In this document: in pieces, positions 47,673 to 56,981 of the stretch | Position numbering within the stretch: position 1 is the first letter of the stretch | How the letters are laid out: each line of letters begins with the position of its first letter | Origin: a bacterium | GTDB lineage: Bacteria; Patescibacteriota; Microgenomatia; Daviesbacterales; UBA10151 | Reading direction: 5' to 3' | Assembly: GCA_021790255.1 (NCBI GenBank) | Contig: JAJYIE010000001.1 | Location: forward strand, 4,165 to 68,164 | DNA: 64,000 bases | Notes under the pieces: generated by a model | The model's database searches: none | What the model was told of the DNA's origin: nothing | The model's input: only the letters and a program-made list of their open reading frames with translations | Position numbers and translations under genes: made by a program

Positions 47673-47703
47673 CCTTAACTATTTAATATGATAATCATTT
47701 CAA

Positions 47704-49464
47704 TTACAACAGGTCCTGTTTAACTGTTACCTGCTTTGCTCCTTCTGTTTGAATTACCATCATACCGAAGCCGTCAGTACTGCTTCCGAGCAATTCCCCT
47801 TTTTCTGAATAGGCATGAATGCCAGGGGAAAAGTTTACCAGGAGCAATACACAAGAGCTCCCTTCGCTGGAAATTTCCCAACCCTCAGTTGTTTTTTTAA
47901 CCGGTAAAGGCTTCCCCCAGGCCGAAAGATAGTTTTTTAAAACGGCTCTGTCATTACCTGTTTGAGGATGTTTTATATTCAATATAGCATTTTTATCCAC
48001 TGCCCACGCTAAATTATTACCCTCAAATTCATAGACAGTTTCACCATTACCGCTCCACACAAGTTTTCCCAGCTCATCCCACTTATCCAGATTTTTAAAA
48101 TCGTGGTAGTATTCCGTAGATTTGCTGCCTTCCACCAAAACTGCCCTGACCCCCAAAATTTTCAGCCACATTCCGGCAATATCCGCATCTTTTCCTTCAC
48201 GAATCTGATAAGAAGCCATCGCCCAAACAGGATTTTGTGAAACCTCATCGCGTCCGCCCCGCACCTGATCAAGGCCGTACAGGTTGTCTGCCCAAAATAC
48301 CGGCGTGCCTGACAGGAAAACCCTGCCCTGATCACCAACCAAAAAGTTCAGCGCACTCAAGCCATCAAGACCCGGCGGCAAAATCGGCGATAAAAGCGGC
48401 GGGGTACCCAACGCTGCATAAATTCTGAGCGTCAGCAGCCAGGGCAGATAAAATAACGCTACCGCTCCCCCTATCCCCCTAAAACCTCTAATCTCCTTTG
48501 TCCCTCCTGCCAAAAGCAAAGCTATCCCAACCTCAATTTCAGCGAACCAGCTTGTCCAATCCTGCCAAAAGTCAGGGTTCAAAATCAGCCGGTATACAGT
48601 GAGGATCGCAAAAGTTAAAAGCCAGATTAAGGCAAAACCCATTAAACCACCCTTGCTTTTCCTTCCCAACTTAACCACCCAAATTGCCGCCGCCACAGGC
48701 AAAGCTGCCTTGGCAAAGCCGATTAACTGCCAGATTGCCGTCCAGCCGCTCGCCCCGCCTATTGAAGGGTTACTCAAAATCGTCCACCAAAATTGGGGGG
48801 TATACCAAAAAGTCACCAACACAAAAGCTGATATTAGAACAGGCAAAACATCCTTCAGGCGGTCAACAAAGTTTTCTGTAGTCCCCTGGTTCTCCGTTTT
48901 TTCCCGGCTTGCTGCTGCCCAGGCCAAAGCTGCCGCCCCCACCAGTAAAACCGGTATGACCGAGGTGCTAATAAGCAATGCCAGACTTATAAATAGTGTT
49001 GCCGGAATCGCTCTCAAATAAGTTTTTTGGGTAAAATAATATTCCAGACTGATTAAAGCAAAGGGCACTAAGCTCTCTGCCAATACATTCACCGGGTTGC
49101 TTAAAGCTAAGGCAGATAGGTACTTCCAGGGTAGTGCTAAATATATTGCTCCCGCCGTCATCCCAATCACCCCCGTCTCCCTTACTCCTCTTACCCCCGC
49201 CAGTCTTCCTGCCAGGAGTCCCCAACCGAATGCCTGTACCAAAAAACCGGTTGCTAAAATACCGTAGGTTAGCTCAAAAAAAGACAGCCAGGGGAAAACT
49301 GTCTGCAGGTAAAGCAAAAGCTGTGGCAATACCGGCCCCGCCAAAAATCTGACCGGTACCCCCAAATACCAGTTTGGGTAAATTGCCCACCAGCCGTGGG
49401 CCTGCACAAAGCCGGTCACAGCCAAAACTACCGGGATAAGCGATGTCTGTGGCGGATAAACCAT
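47704..49464 (-). CDS. Polytopic membrane protein, GT-C-like, with extracellular C-terminal domain
   Basis: YPNWYLGVP, many TM helices, QVRGGRD soluble domain. Confidence 0.7.
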   Translation of the reverse strand: MVYPPQTSLIPVVLAVTGFVQAHGWWAIYPNWYLGVPVRFLAGPVLPQLLLYLQTVFPWLSFFELTYGILATGFLVQAFGWGLLAGRLAGVRGVRETGVIGMTAGAIYLALPWKYLSALALSNPVNVLAESLVPFALISLEYYFTQKTYLRAIPATLFISLALLISTSVIPVLLVGAAALAWAAASREKTENQGTTENFVDRLKDVLPVLISAFVLVTFWYTPQFWWTILSNPSIGGASGWTAIWQLIGFAKAALPVAAAIWVVKLGRKSKGGLMGFALIWLLTFAILTVYRLILNPDFWQDWTSWFAEIEVGIALLLAGGTKEIRGFRGIGGAVALFYLPWLLTLRIYAALGTPPLLSPILPPGLDGLSALNFLVGDQGRVFLSGTPVFWADNLYGLDQVRGGRDEVSQNPVWAMASYQIREGKDADIAGMWLKILGVRAVLVEGSKSTEYYHDFKNLDKWDELGKLVWSGNGETVYEFEGNNLAWAVDKNAILNIKHPQTGNDRAVLKNYLSAWGKPLPVKKTTEGWEISSEGSSCVLLLVNFSPGIHAYSEKGELLGSSTDGFGMMVIQTEGAKQVTVKQDLL

Positions 49465-49559
49465 TGTTTTAAGTTAGTACGGATGTGCCTTTTTTGTCAA
49501 ACACATCGTGAGTCTCGGAAAAGTTGCCAACAGGCCCTGCATTATACATAATATGTAGC

Positions 49560-51761
49560 ATGAAGACTTTTCTGCTCCGCATGGCTTTGCTTATCGCCCT
49601 GGCAATCGCCTTACCTTTATTTTTATTCCACGAAGTGTTTTTTAACAACATCATTGTTCTGGGGGACTTATCCGGCAGCGACCTTCTAAATCTTCATCTT
49701 CCCTTTAAATATATCCTGCACACTAACCTTCTCGCCGGACAACTGCCTCTTTGGGAACCGAACCTGGCAATGGGCTTTCCGGTTTTTGCAGAAGGCCAGA
49801 CAGGAGTGTTTTACCCGATAAACCTCATCCTTGCCTTCATCTCTCCTTATCTAAGCTTAAACTTAAGCATTATTGCCGTATTTTTTATATCTTTCATCTC
49901 TTCATTCCTTTATCTCAAAAGCCTGAAAAGGTCCACTCCTGCATCAATTTTCGGCAGCATCGCTTTTTCCTTTTCCGCTTTTTTTATAACCCGTTTTAAG
50001 CATCTGAACCTGGTCAATGTTGCCTCACTCTTTCCGCTGCTGTTTCTTTTTACCAGACTGTATTTTGACCGCAAAAAGATGCGGTATGTCCTGCTGACGG
50101 GGTTTACCATTGCCGCCATGGTTTTTGCCGGACATCCGCAGATGATGTTTTACTGCGTGCTTGTCTTTCTAATTTATACGCTCTTTGAAGCCTTCCGTAT
50201 CTTTTACAACGGAAAGGATCAGGCGGTAGCGGCCAGCGTCGTTTTCTTTTTAACCGTGTCGATTGTCACCGGCGTAGGCCTGTCTGCCGTTCAGACTCTC
50301 CCCACCGTCGAATTTCTCCAGCTGACCCAGCGCCAGGATTTTAATGATGTGACGCTTACCGCCTATCCTTATAACCCCAGAAATCTTATTACCTTAATTT
50401 CCCCGTACTTTTTCGGCAACCCGGCCCTGGGCACATACAAAGAAGATGAAAATGTTATGGGAATTTTTTGGGAGAATGCCTCGTATTTTGGTGTCATCCC
50501 GCTTCTTTTTGCCCTGTTTTGGATTTACAAAGCGGTACGAAAAAAGGGCAGTTTTGATGATTTTTTCTTTATTTTTCTGGCTCTTTTTTCGCTTCTGCTG
50601 ATGTTTGGTAAAAACACCCCCTTGTTTTTGGCTTTAACCAAAATCATCCCCCTTTTTAACCTCTTCCGCTTTCCCACCCGGTTTAATTTATTCTTCATCT
50701 TTGCCCTGGTTGCCCTCTCCACCAACACTTTTGACTATCTCTTAAACAGGCTTCCCGCAAAACGGAAAAAAATTTTTACTTTTGGCACGATTTTACTGTT
50801 GATTGCCGACCTCTTCGTTTTTGCCACCCCTTATATCTCCTACCTTCATCTTGAGGAGTACCGGAAAGTTCCGGAGATAGTTAAGAAGATATCTACTGAC
50901 AAAAACTTTTTCCGCATCTACAGCCTTACCCAATACGGACAATCTCCCTATGCAGTGTTTGGATGGAAAAATGATGCTGCTACCCTGCTGGCCACAGGTG
51001 AAATGCTACCCCCCAACAACAATGTTTTTTACAAACTGCCCTCTTTTACTGACCGCGGCTGGTTTGAAGGTGGCTTAAGCCTGCAACGGCGCAACCGGGT
51101 GGAAAACTTCCTTCTCAAAGAAAATCAAAACCCCGCCTTAACCGGAAAAATTCTCGGTCTGTACAATGTCAAATATTTAATCTCTTTTGCCGACCAACTG
51201 GGTATCGAAATTACCAAAATCGGTGAATATAACTTAGGTCCAGCCTATGCCAGCCCCGTAAATATATTTGAAAATATGCAGGTAATGCCCCGGGTTTACT
51301 TTGTCCCGGAAGCAGAAGTGGCCCAAAACAAGGAAGAGGCCTTTCAAAAAATAACCGATCCGAACTTTCTGCCCACCAAAACGGTCATCCTGGAAAAAAT
51401 GCCACAAACGCTGCCGCCGCGGTTTAATGAGGTAATCGATACTTTCCAACATGACAATCCGGTCCGAATTATCGATTATCAGCCGCAGGAGGTCTTGATC
51501 AGCGCAAACCTGAAAAACTCCGGTTTTTTAGTATTTTCAGATATTTATTACCCCGGCTGGAAGGCGGAGGTTGACGGGAAAAGCCAAGAAATTCTCCGGG
51601 CCAACTATTTAAATCGGGCCCTCGAACTTACCCCGGGACAGCATCAGATCCGCTTCGATTACGATCCGGTTTCTTTTAAAATCGGTTTTGCTATCTCAGC
51701 GGTAACTTTCCTTGGCCTGATAGTGGTCGGAGGATGGCTGCTGGTTAGTAAGCGGCGCTAA
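49560..51761 (+). CDS. YfhO-family membrane protein (GT-C)
   Basis: LPLWEP..AMGFP, FYPIN, GHPQ, PRVYF, YYPGWKAEVDG. Confidence 0.9.
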   Translation: MKTFLLRMALLIALAIALPLFLFHEVFFNNIIVLGDLSGSDLLNLHLPFKYILHTNLLAGQLPLWEPNLAMGFPVFAEGQTGVFYPINLILAFISPYLSLNLSIIAVFFISFISSFLYLKSLKRSTPASIFGSIAFSFSAFFITRFKHLNLVNVASLFPLLFLFTRLYFDRKKMRYVLLTGFTIAAMVFAGHPQMMFYCVLVFLIYTLFEAFRIFYNGKDQAVAASVVFFLTVSIVTGVGLSAVQTLPTVEFLQLTQRQDFNDVTLTAYPYNPRNLITLISPYFFGNPALGTYKEDENVMGIFWENASYFGVIPLLFALFWIYKAVRKKGSFDDFFFIFLALFSLLLMFGKNTPLFLALTKIIPLFNLFRFPTRFNLFFIFALVALSTNTFDYLLNRLPAKRKKIFTFGTILLLIADLFVFATPYISYLHLEEYRKVPEIVKKISTDKNFFRIYSLTQYGQSPYAVFGWKNDAATLLATGEMLPPNNNVFYKLPSFTDRGWFEGGLSLQRRNRVENFLLKENQNPALTGKILGLYNVKYLISFADQLGIEITKIGEYNLGPAYASPVNIFENMQVMPRVYFVPEAEVAQNKEEAFQKITDPNFLPTKTVILEKMPQTLPPRFNEVIDTFQHDNPVRIIDYQPQEVLISANLKNSGFLVFSDIYYPGWKAEVDGKSQEILRANYLNRALELTPGQHQIRFDYDPVSFKIGFAISAVTFLGLIVVGGWLLVSKRR

Positions 51762-51780
51762 CCCACAGAAGGTGTCAGGG

Positions 51781-52416
51781 TTATTTTTTGACCTTAAACA
51801 CCACTGCCAGTCCCCAGAAAGCTGTTTTTTCTTCGGTGATAACTAGTCCGACCCTCCGGAGTGAAGTGTCAATACTTTTCCTGCTCAGGCTGTGCAAGTG
51901 GGCTCCCCGCCAAACTTTTCCGGGGCCGAAGCGAATCCACCAAAACCAGCCGGCTTTAAACCGAGCACTCAGGCTGTCCACTGATAAGATCAGATAACCG
52001 TCCGTCTGAAGACAACGGGAAATTTCTGCCAACACCCGCTGCGGATCCAGAACGTGTTCCAGCAGTTCGGTCGCTAAAATTATCCTGAACTGCCCATTCC
52101 GGAATGGTAAATTATGGGCATCAGCCGTGATAAATTTCACCCCCGGGTGTTTCCGCCTGGCAAATTCCACAAAATTCCGGGAGACGTCAATCCCGGTAAC
52201 AGCAGCATCCGGAAAAACTGACTTAACCTTGGCGGTTATTTCACCGGAAGCGCAGCCAACGTCCAGAACGCTGTCGGGTTGGTCCTCCAGCAATCCGCGG
52301 ATTACTTGCCATTTTCTGCCATGCCAGGTCCGCTGGAGCCGATTCTGCCCAATCCCCTTCTCGTAATAATCCGCTGGAGCCTGAGCCCAGATCAGCTTCA
52401 ATTTCTTCTTATCCAT
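51781..52416 (-). CDS. Class I SAM-dependent methyltransferase
   Basis: VLDVGCASG, DAHNLPF, ELLEHV. Confidence 0.9.
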   Translation of the reverse strand: MDKKKLKLIWAQAPADYYEKGIGQNRLQRTWHGRKWQVIRGLLEDQPDSVLDVGCASGEITAKVKSVFPDAAVTGIDVSRNFVEFARRKHPGVKFITADAHNLPFRNGQFRIILATELLEHVLDPQRVLAEISRCLQTDGYLILSVDSLSARFKAGWFWWIRFGPGKVWRGAHLHSLSRKSIDTSLRRVGLVITEEKTAFWGLAVVFKVKK

Positions 52417-54704
52417 ATCTTGGCCTTAAGCGTGATAACCAGTATTGCTCCGGCCACTCCCGCCAGAGCAAAAATACTGATCCTTACCCCAAAGTAAAAG
52501 CTGTCCGGATCGTAGGTAAAAACCACGCTGTGTTTGCCCTCGGGTACCGGCACTGCCCGGAAAGCATAATCCGCCCGCAGAATTTTAGTTTCCCGACCGT
52601 CTACATAAGCTTTCCAGCCGGGATAGTAAGTATCCGACAGAAAAAGATACCCATTTCCTGAAGCCTGGGTGCTCACATCTATTTTTTGATCCGTGTATTT
52701 TGTAAATAAAGCGGTGGCAGCATAGCCGCCCTGGGCCTTCCATGTCGTATGGTCCACGCTCTTCACCTCAGCAGCGCTCCGGCCGGATAAAGAATCCAGC
52801 CACCCCAGTACCCCGTCAAATACGGAAAGCGGCAAGCTTTTGTCCTCATCATCCACGAAAATTTCATTTTTCGGATCAAAGTCGCCTTTTAAAAGACGGG
52901 CTTTTATATCTGCCGGCGCAGCTTTTTCCGCTTTGGGCACCATAAAAACCCGTGGGAAATAATCTGTAAACTCATAAACGTACACAGGATCCTGACCGTT
53001 TTGAAAATTTACCTGGAAAGCTTTAGTTAACAGGTCGTTTTGTACAGGCTCAGTTAAGAGTACAAATCGCACTCCCATCAGCCTGTTTAGAAAGAGGAAA
53101 GAATCTGAAAGCTTGAGGGTATTTATATCCGGATAGCTTATCCCGTTGTAGAATATCTCATATTCCAACTCATTGTAGCGGTCCAGTTTCAGGCCTCCGG
53201 AATTGGCAATGCCGACATTTTCCGGGATACCGTACATCAAATTGTTAAAAACCGGAAGCAGGTTTCTCAGGTTGATAAAAACATCCGGATCTCCCCAAAG
53301 ATCCGGTTTTTCCAGGAATATTTTTAAGCTCGGATAAAAGTAGTACTCCGTTGTAACCCTTTCCTGATCACTCAACTTCCCCTGCAAAAAAGTGGCTACC
53401 TGCGGCTTTTTGTACCAGCTATTTGTATCAACACTGGGGTGTAAATCCACCGCGGCAATTTTCAGGTTAATAAAACTGAATAAGATCACCGCTCCCGAAA
53501 TACCGAAAACAGCCGCCTTGCTGATTTTAATCTTCTCCAGGCCGCTTTGCAGCTCCTGCATCGAGAAAGCCGCAAGGACCCCCAAAGAAAAGCTCACCAA
53601 AAAGATCAGACGAAATGGGATCCGGAAAAATGAAAACGGCATCAGGGTCAAAATGTACCCAACTGTAAGCTGAGAGCCGAAAGATAAAAGCAACGCTATA
53701 CCGGCTGTTGCCAGAAAAATGTAACTGTAAGGAGTGTACTTTTTCAGCCTTAATAAGGCAAAGGCCGCCAGAACCAGGCCCAGAAGCCCTAGATAAACAT
53801 ACCTTTCATCTGCCGGCCAGCCATTATTTATAAAAGCACTGAAAGTATGGCTCCCATCAAAGGTGGCCTGTGGAGCGATAAAATCCGCAAGGTTGGACAG
53901 GGGAAAAGAATATTGGTTAATTGAAGATGCTGCCAGCCCAGCTGACCTGCTGGAGTGGAGCATCAGTTCTGCTTCCGGCAAGACCTGGACAGCTCCAATA
54001 GCAAAACCGCAGAAGACAAAAAGCGCGAAGTAAGGAATGAAAGAAAAAGTTGCTTCTTTCCTCCGGTACCAAAACAGCATCCAGTAAAAAAACAAGAAAA
54101 TCAGGCTGTAAAAGATAACCTGGGGATGGCCGCCTAGAAGCGACAACCCCAGCAAAACCCCCATTAAAAGTACCCAAATTGCTTCTTTCTTCTTCCCCTG
54201 CAGAAAAACTTCCAGAAAATAGAGCTGGCCTACGAAAAGGTAGAAGGAAACCACCATCGGAAAACGGACCAGTTCACCCACAGCAAAACCTGAAAAAGTA
54301 ATAATCGAGGCGCCGAAAAACGCTGGAAAGGCAAACAGGCGGATCTTTGATAAATATAAAAAGCTGAGCAGAAAAAGAAAAAAGAAGCTACAGACCAGTG
54401 TTATATTGATTGAGGTGGTAGTATCGAAGTATGCTGCCAGCAGATTTAACGGATAGAGAGCTCCAATTTGCCCATCAGCAAAAAGGGGGAAACCACTGCT
54501 TATAGCAGAAGACCAAAGTGGCAGCTGCCCCTCTCTGAGAGACTGCGAGAGAAAATAACGGAAGGGGTAATGCAAATCCGTCAGCTCATTGGTTCCAACA
54601 TTAGGGGTAATATTGACCGCCCCCCTCAGATTGCCGATCAGGAAAAACACCACTAAAGCCAGACCGGCTAAAACTGACGCCAGCAGGCTAAGCCTCTTTT
54701 TCAT
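52398..54704 (-). CDS. YfhO-family membrane protein (GT-C)
   Basis: LPLWS...SGFP, LYPLN, GHPQ, PRVFM, YYPGWKAYVDG. Confidence 0.9.
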   Translation of the reverse strand: MKKRLSLLASVLAGLALVVFFLIGNLRGAVNITPNVGTNELTDLHYPFRYFLSQSLREGQLPLWSSAISSGFPLFADGQIGALYPLNLLAAYFDTTTSINITLVCSFFFLFLLSFLYLSKIRLFAFPAFFGASIITFSGFAVGELVRFPMVVSFYLFVGQLYFLEVFLQGKKKEAIWVLLMGVLLGLSLLGGHPQVIFYSLIFLFFYWMLFWYRRKEATFSFIPYFALFVFCGFAIGAVQVLPEAELMLHSSRSAGLAASSINQYSFPLSNLADFIAPQATFDGSHTFSAFINNGWPADERYVYLGLLGLVLAAFALLRLKKYTPYSYIFLATAGIALLLSFGSQLTVGYILTLMPFSFFRIPFRLIFLVSFSLGVLAAFSMQELQSGLEKIKISKAAVFGISGAVILFSFINLKIAAVDLHPSVDTNSWYKKPQVATFLQGKLSDQERVTTEYYFYPSLKIFLEKPDLWGDPDVFINLRNLLPVFNNLMYGIPENVGIANSGGLKLDRYNELEYEIFYNGISYPDINTLKLSDSFLFLNRLMGVRFVLLTEPVQNDLLTKAFQVNFQNGQDPVYVYEFTDYFPRVFMVPKAEKAAPADIKARLLKGDFDPKNEIFVDDEDKSLPLSVFDGVLGWLDSLSGRSAAEVKSVDHTTWKAQGGYAATALFTKYTDQKIDVSTQASGNGYLFLSDTYYPGWKAYVDGRETKILRADYAFRAVPVPEGKHSVVFTYDPDSFYFGVRISIFALAGVAGAILVITLKAKIWIRRN

Positions 54705-56974
54705 TTGGCCGTTTTCTCCACTGCAGCGGAGGGGCTGGCTAAGTTATCCGTCTGAGCCGCTGTTTCCCCTGTTTGCTTAGAGGACTTATCCTGCAGATCA
54801 GAAATCATACTCTGGGCTTCCTGGGCCAGTTCCCCGTCACCGCTTCCTAAGACTGACAGATAATCCTGCAAATAATTTATGGCGCTCGCGTAATCCGGCG
54901 GTTTCTTCTCGTACCCATAAATTCTTCCCAAACCTGCCAGTGCTTCCTTAAAATAAGGGTCAATCTGAAGCACCCGCTTATATTGGGTAATGGCATCATC
55001 ATATAGTTTCACCTGTTCAAAAACATACCCCAGATTATAGAAATGACGGCTGTAGTAAAAGATAATTAATCCTTCAAAGAGCGGGGCATCCCTTTTTATT
55101 CTGGCAAACGATGCTAAATCCAGGCTGTTCCAGAATTTGTCGTTTTCTGCCCGGTAATCCTCCAGCTTCAGGCTCTTTCCGGACTTCAAAACCAAAAAGA
55201 GCATATTTTTCGGCCAGAGGGTATATTTTTGCTCAAGCTCAGGGTCATGAACCACCAAGTCCGGGTTAACATAAATGGGGCGTCTACCGTAGTTTGCATT
55301 AACCAATTGAGTAGTAGATGTGAACACTTTCCCGGGTTTAGGCGTCGGAATGACTAAATCAGGGTAGCGTGCTTTCAGTTGCGGGATAAACCAGGCGAGG
55401 TGGAACTGGCCGGGCGAAAAAGTAACCATGTGATCTTTTCCTTTCTGCTGCACGTAGCGGAAATAGTCCATGGTCATGCCGGCAATATCACCCGACTGCA
55501 ACACCAGGGCGTTATCCGGAAGACCGGCGTAAGCTGCTTGCGTATAATCAATTGTCGCTGTCCCCGCCCGGCCGTTGGCACGGTCGAAATTTATAAGGAA
55601 AGGGGTGACAAAAGAGGTTATAAGCAGCACTTTGCCGATGGCCAGTCCGAATCTCTGATCAGCGGAGCCACTCAGAATTTTATTCTTAATCGAGAATACC
55701 CCGTCTGCTTGCAGCGAGGATGAATCAATCACAGAAGAACCTGCCCGGGGGGAAACCTCGCCAGCTTTGCTGCGAGGTAGTTCATTAAATAATTTATATA
55801 TCATCAGCAGTCCGAATGCTATAAAAAGAGTAACAAAAATGTTCGGCAGCATAAAAAACCGTGCCGCTGTTGCCTGGCTGAAATCATCTCCCAGAGGGAA
55901 ATCGGCGTAAGCAAGAAAAAGAAAGCCGCTTACAAAAAAACCCGTGCTGATAAAAATAAGTATCCGGTGAAAGGCAAGGGGCCTCCCCCGCCCCTCCTTC
56001 CACAGATAGAAAATACCGGCCACAGCAAAGATTGCCCCGATGATCGAAAAATCAAGGACAATATATTTCAAGTAAAACCAGGCCTCCTCAAACACAGACG
56101 GCGCGCCGCTGGTATCCGATCCGGCCAGGTAGGCAGAAAAAGTCCCGAAGTCCTGGCGGGTTAGGGCGCTTATCGCATCCGGAATAGTTTTTATACCCCC
56201 CCAATTAAGCGGCGGGTTTTTTGAGGCAATAAAGATCAGCAAAAATACATACGGCAGAATCCCCACTAAAAAAGCCGGAATTATCAAAGCGGCCCTGGAC
56301 GGGCTCTTGAAGATATTTACTACCGGGGTTGTTAAAAGCAGAAAAAATACCGCCGGGAAAACCAACACCGCTGTTTCATGATGTGAGAAGGCAAATCCGG
56401 ACAAAACCGCCAAAATCAGCAGCATTTTTAAAGAGCTTAGAAAGGAAATGGTTGGCGCCGATTTAAACTTCCGGCAAATCCGCACCGTGATAAACAGGAT
56501 ACTTACTACAAAAAAGTTGTTTAGGGGAAACACTTCAAATTTAGTGGCATACTGCCAAAAAACAGTGTTAAAAGCTAAAAACATGCCGGCGGTAAATGCA
56601 ACCAGATAGTAGCCAGTTTCCGGGTCCTTATCCAGCCCGGAGTCCGGCAACCGGCGAGAGTCTGAGTCAGCGAGCCTGAAAAGATCCAGCACCAGAAAAT
56701 AAAACACGAGCACGCTCAAAGCTTGAAGGAGCGCGGAAACCGCATTAATCCGCTCAATCGGGTTAAGCGGCAGCGGCAGTTCGTAAGCAATATGGCCCAA
56801 AAGCGTATTGACCGGGTAGCTTGGTTGGTGCGGTACTCCCAGCACCACGGCGGCAGTGACCATTTCAGTACTATCTCCGGCAGATATGGAGGGCGATAAA
56901 GTAAAAATATAGACGCAAAAAGGTATTAAAAAGGCCAAAAGGGCAACCAGTTGTTTAAAAATAATTTTTTTCAT
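54701..56974 (-). CDS. DUF2723 / TMEM260-like putative protein O-glycosyltransferase with C-terminal TPR
   Basis: GDSTE....LGVPHQPSYP, EVFPLN, SHH, LNWG; TPR-like tail. Confidence 0.85.
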   Translation of the reverse strand: MKKIIFKQLVALLAFLIPFCVYIFTLSPSISAGDSTEMVTAAVVLGVPHQPSYPVNTLLGHIAYELPLPLNPIERINAVSALLQALSVLVFYFLVLDLFRLADSDSRRLPDSGLDKDPETGYYLVAFTAGMFLAFNTVFWQYATKFEVFPLNNFFVVSILFITVRICRKFKSAPTISFLSSLKMLLILAVLSGFAFSHHETAVLVFPAVFFLLLTTPVVNIFKSPSRAALIIPAFLVGILPYVFLLIFIASKNPPLNWGGIKTIPDAISALTRQDFGTFSAYLAGSDTSGAPSVFEEAWFYLKYIVLDFSIIGAIFAVAGIFYLWKEGRGRPLAFHRILIFISTGFFVSGFLFLAYADFPLGDDFSQATAARFFMLPNIFVTLFIAFGLLMIYKLFNELPRSKAGEVSPRAGSSVIDSSSLQADGVFSIKNKILSGSADQRFGLAIGKVLLITSFVTPFLINFDRANGRAGTATIDYTQAAYAGLPDNALVLQSGDIAGMTMDYFRYVQQKGKDHMVTFSPGQFHLAWFIPQLKARYPDLVIPTPKPGKVFTSTTQLVNANYGRRPIYVNPDLVVHDPELEQKYTLWPKNMLFLVLKSGKSLKLEDYRAENDKFWNSLDLASFARIKRDAPLFEGLIIFYYSRHFYNLGYVFEQVKLYDDAITQYKRVLQIDPYFKEALAGLGRIYGYEKKPPDYASAINYLQDYLSVLGSGDGELAQEAQSMISDLQDKSSKQTGETAAQTDNLASPSAAVEKTAK
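55692..55783 (-). repeat. Double-hairpin MITE/REP-like element lying in frame in the DUF2723 gene
   Basis: CCTCGCAGC-AAA-GCTGGCGAGG ... CCTCGCTGC-AA-GCAGACGGGG-TATTC. Confidence 0.55.
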
Positions 56975-56981
56975 ATAAGTT

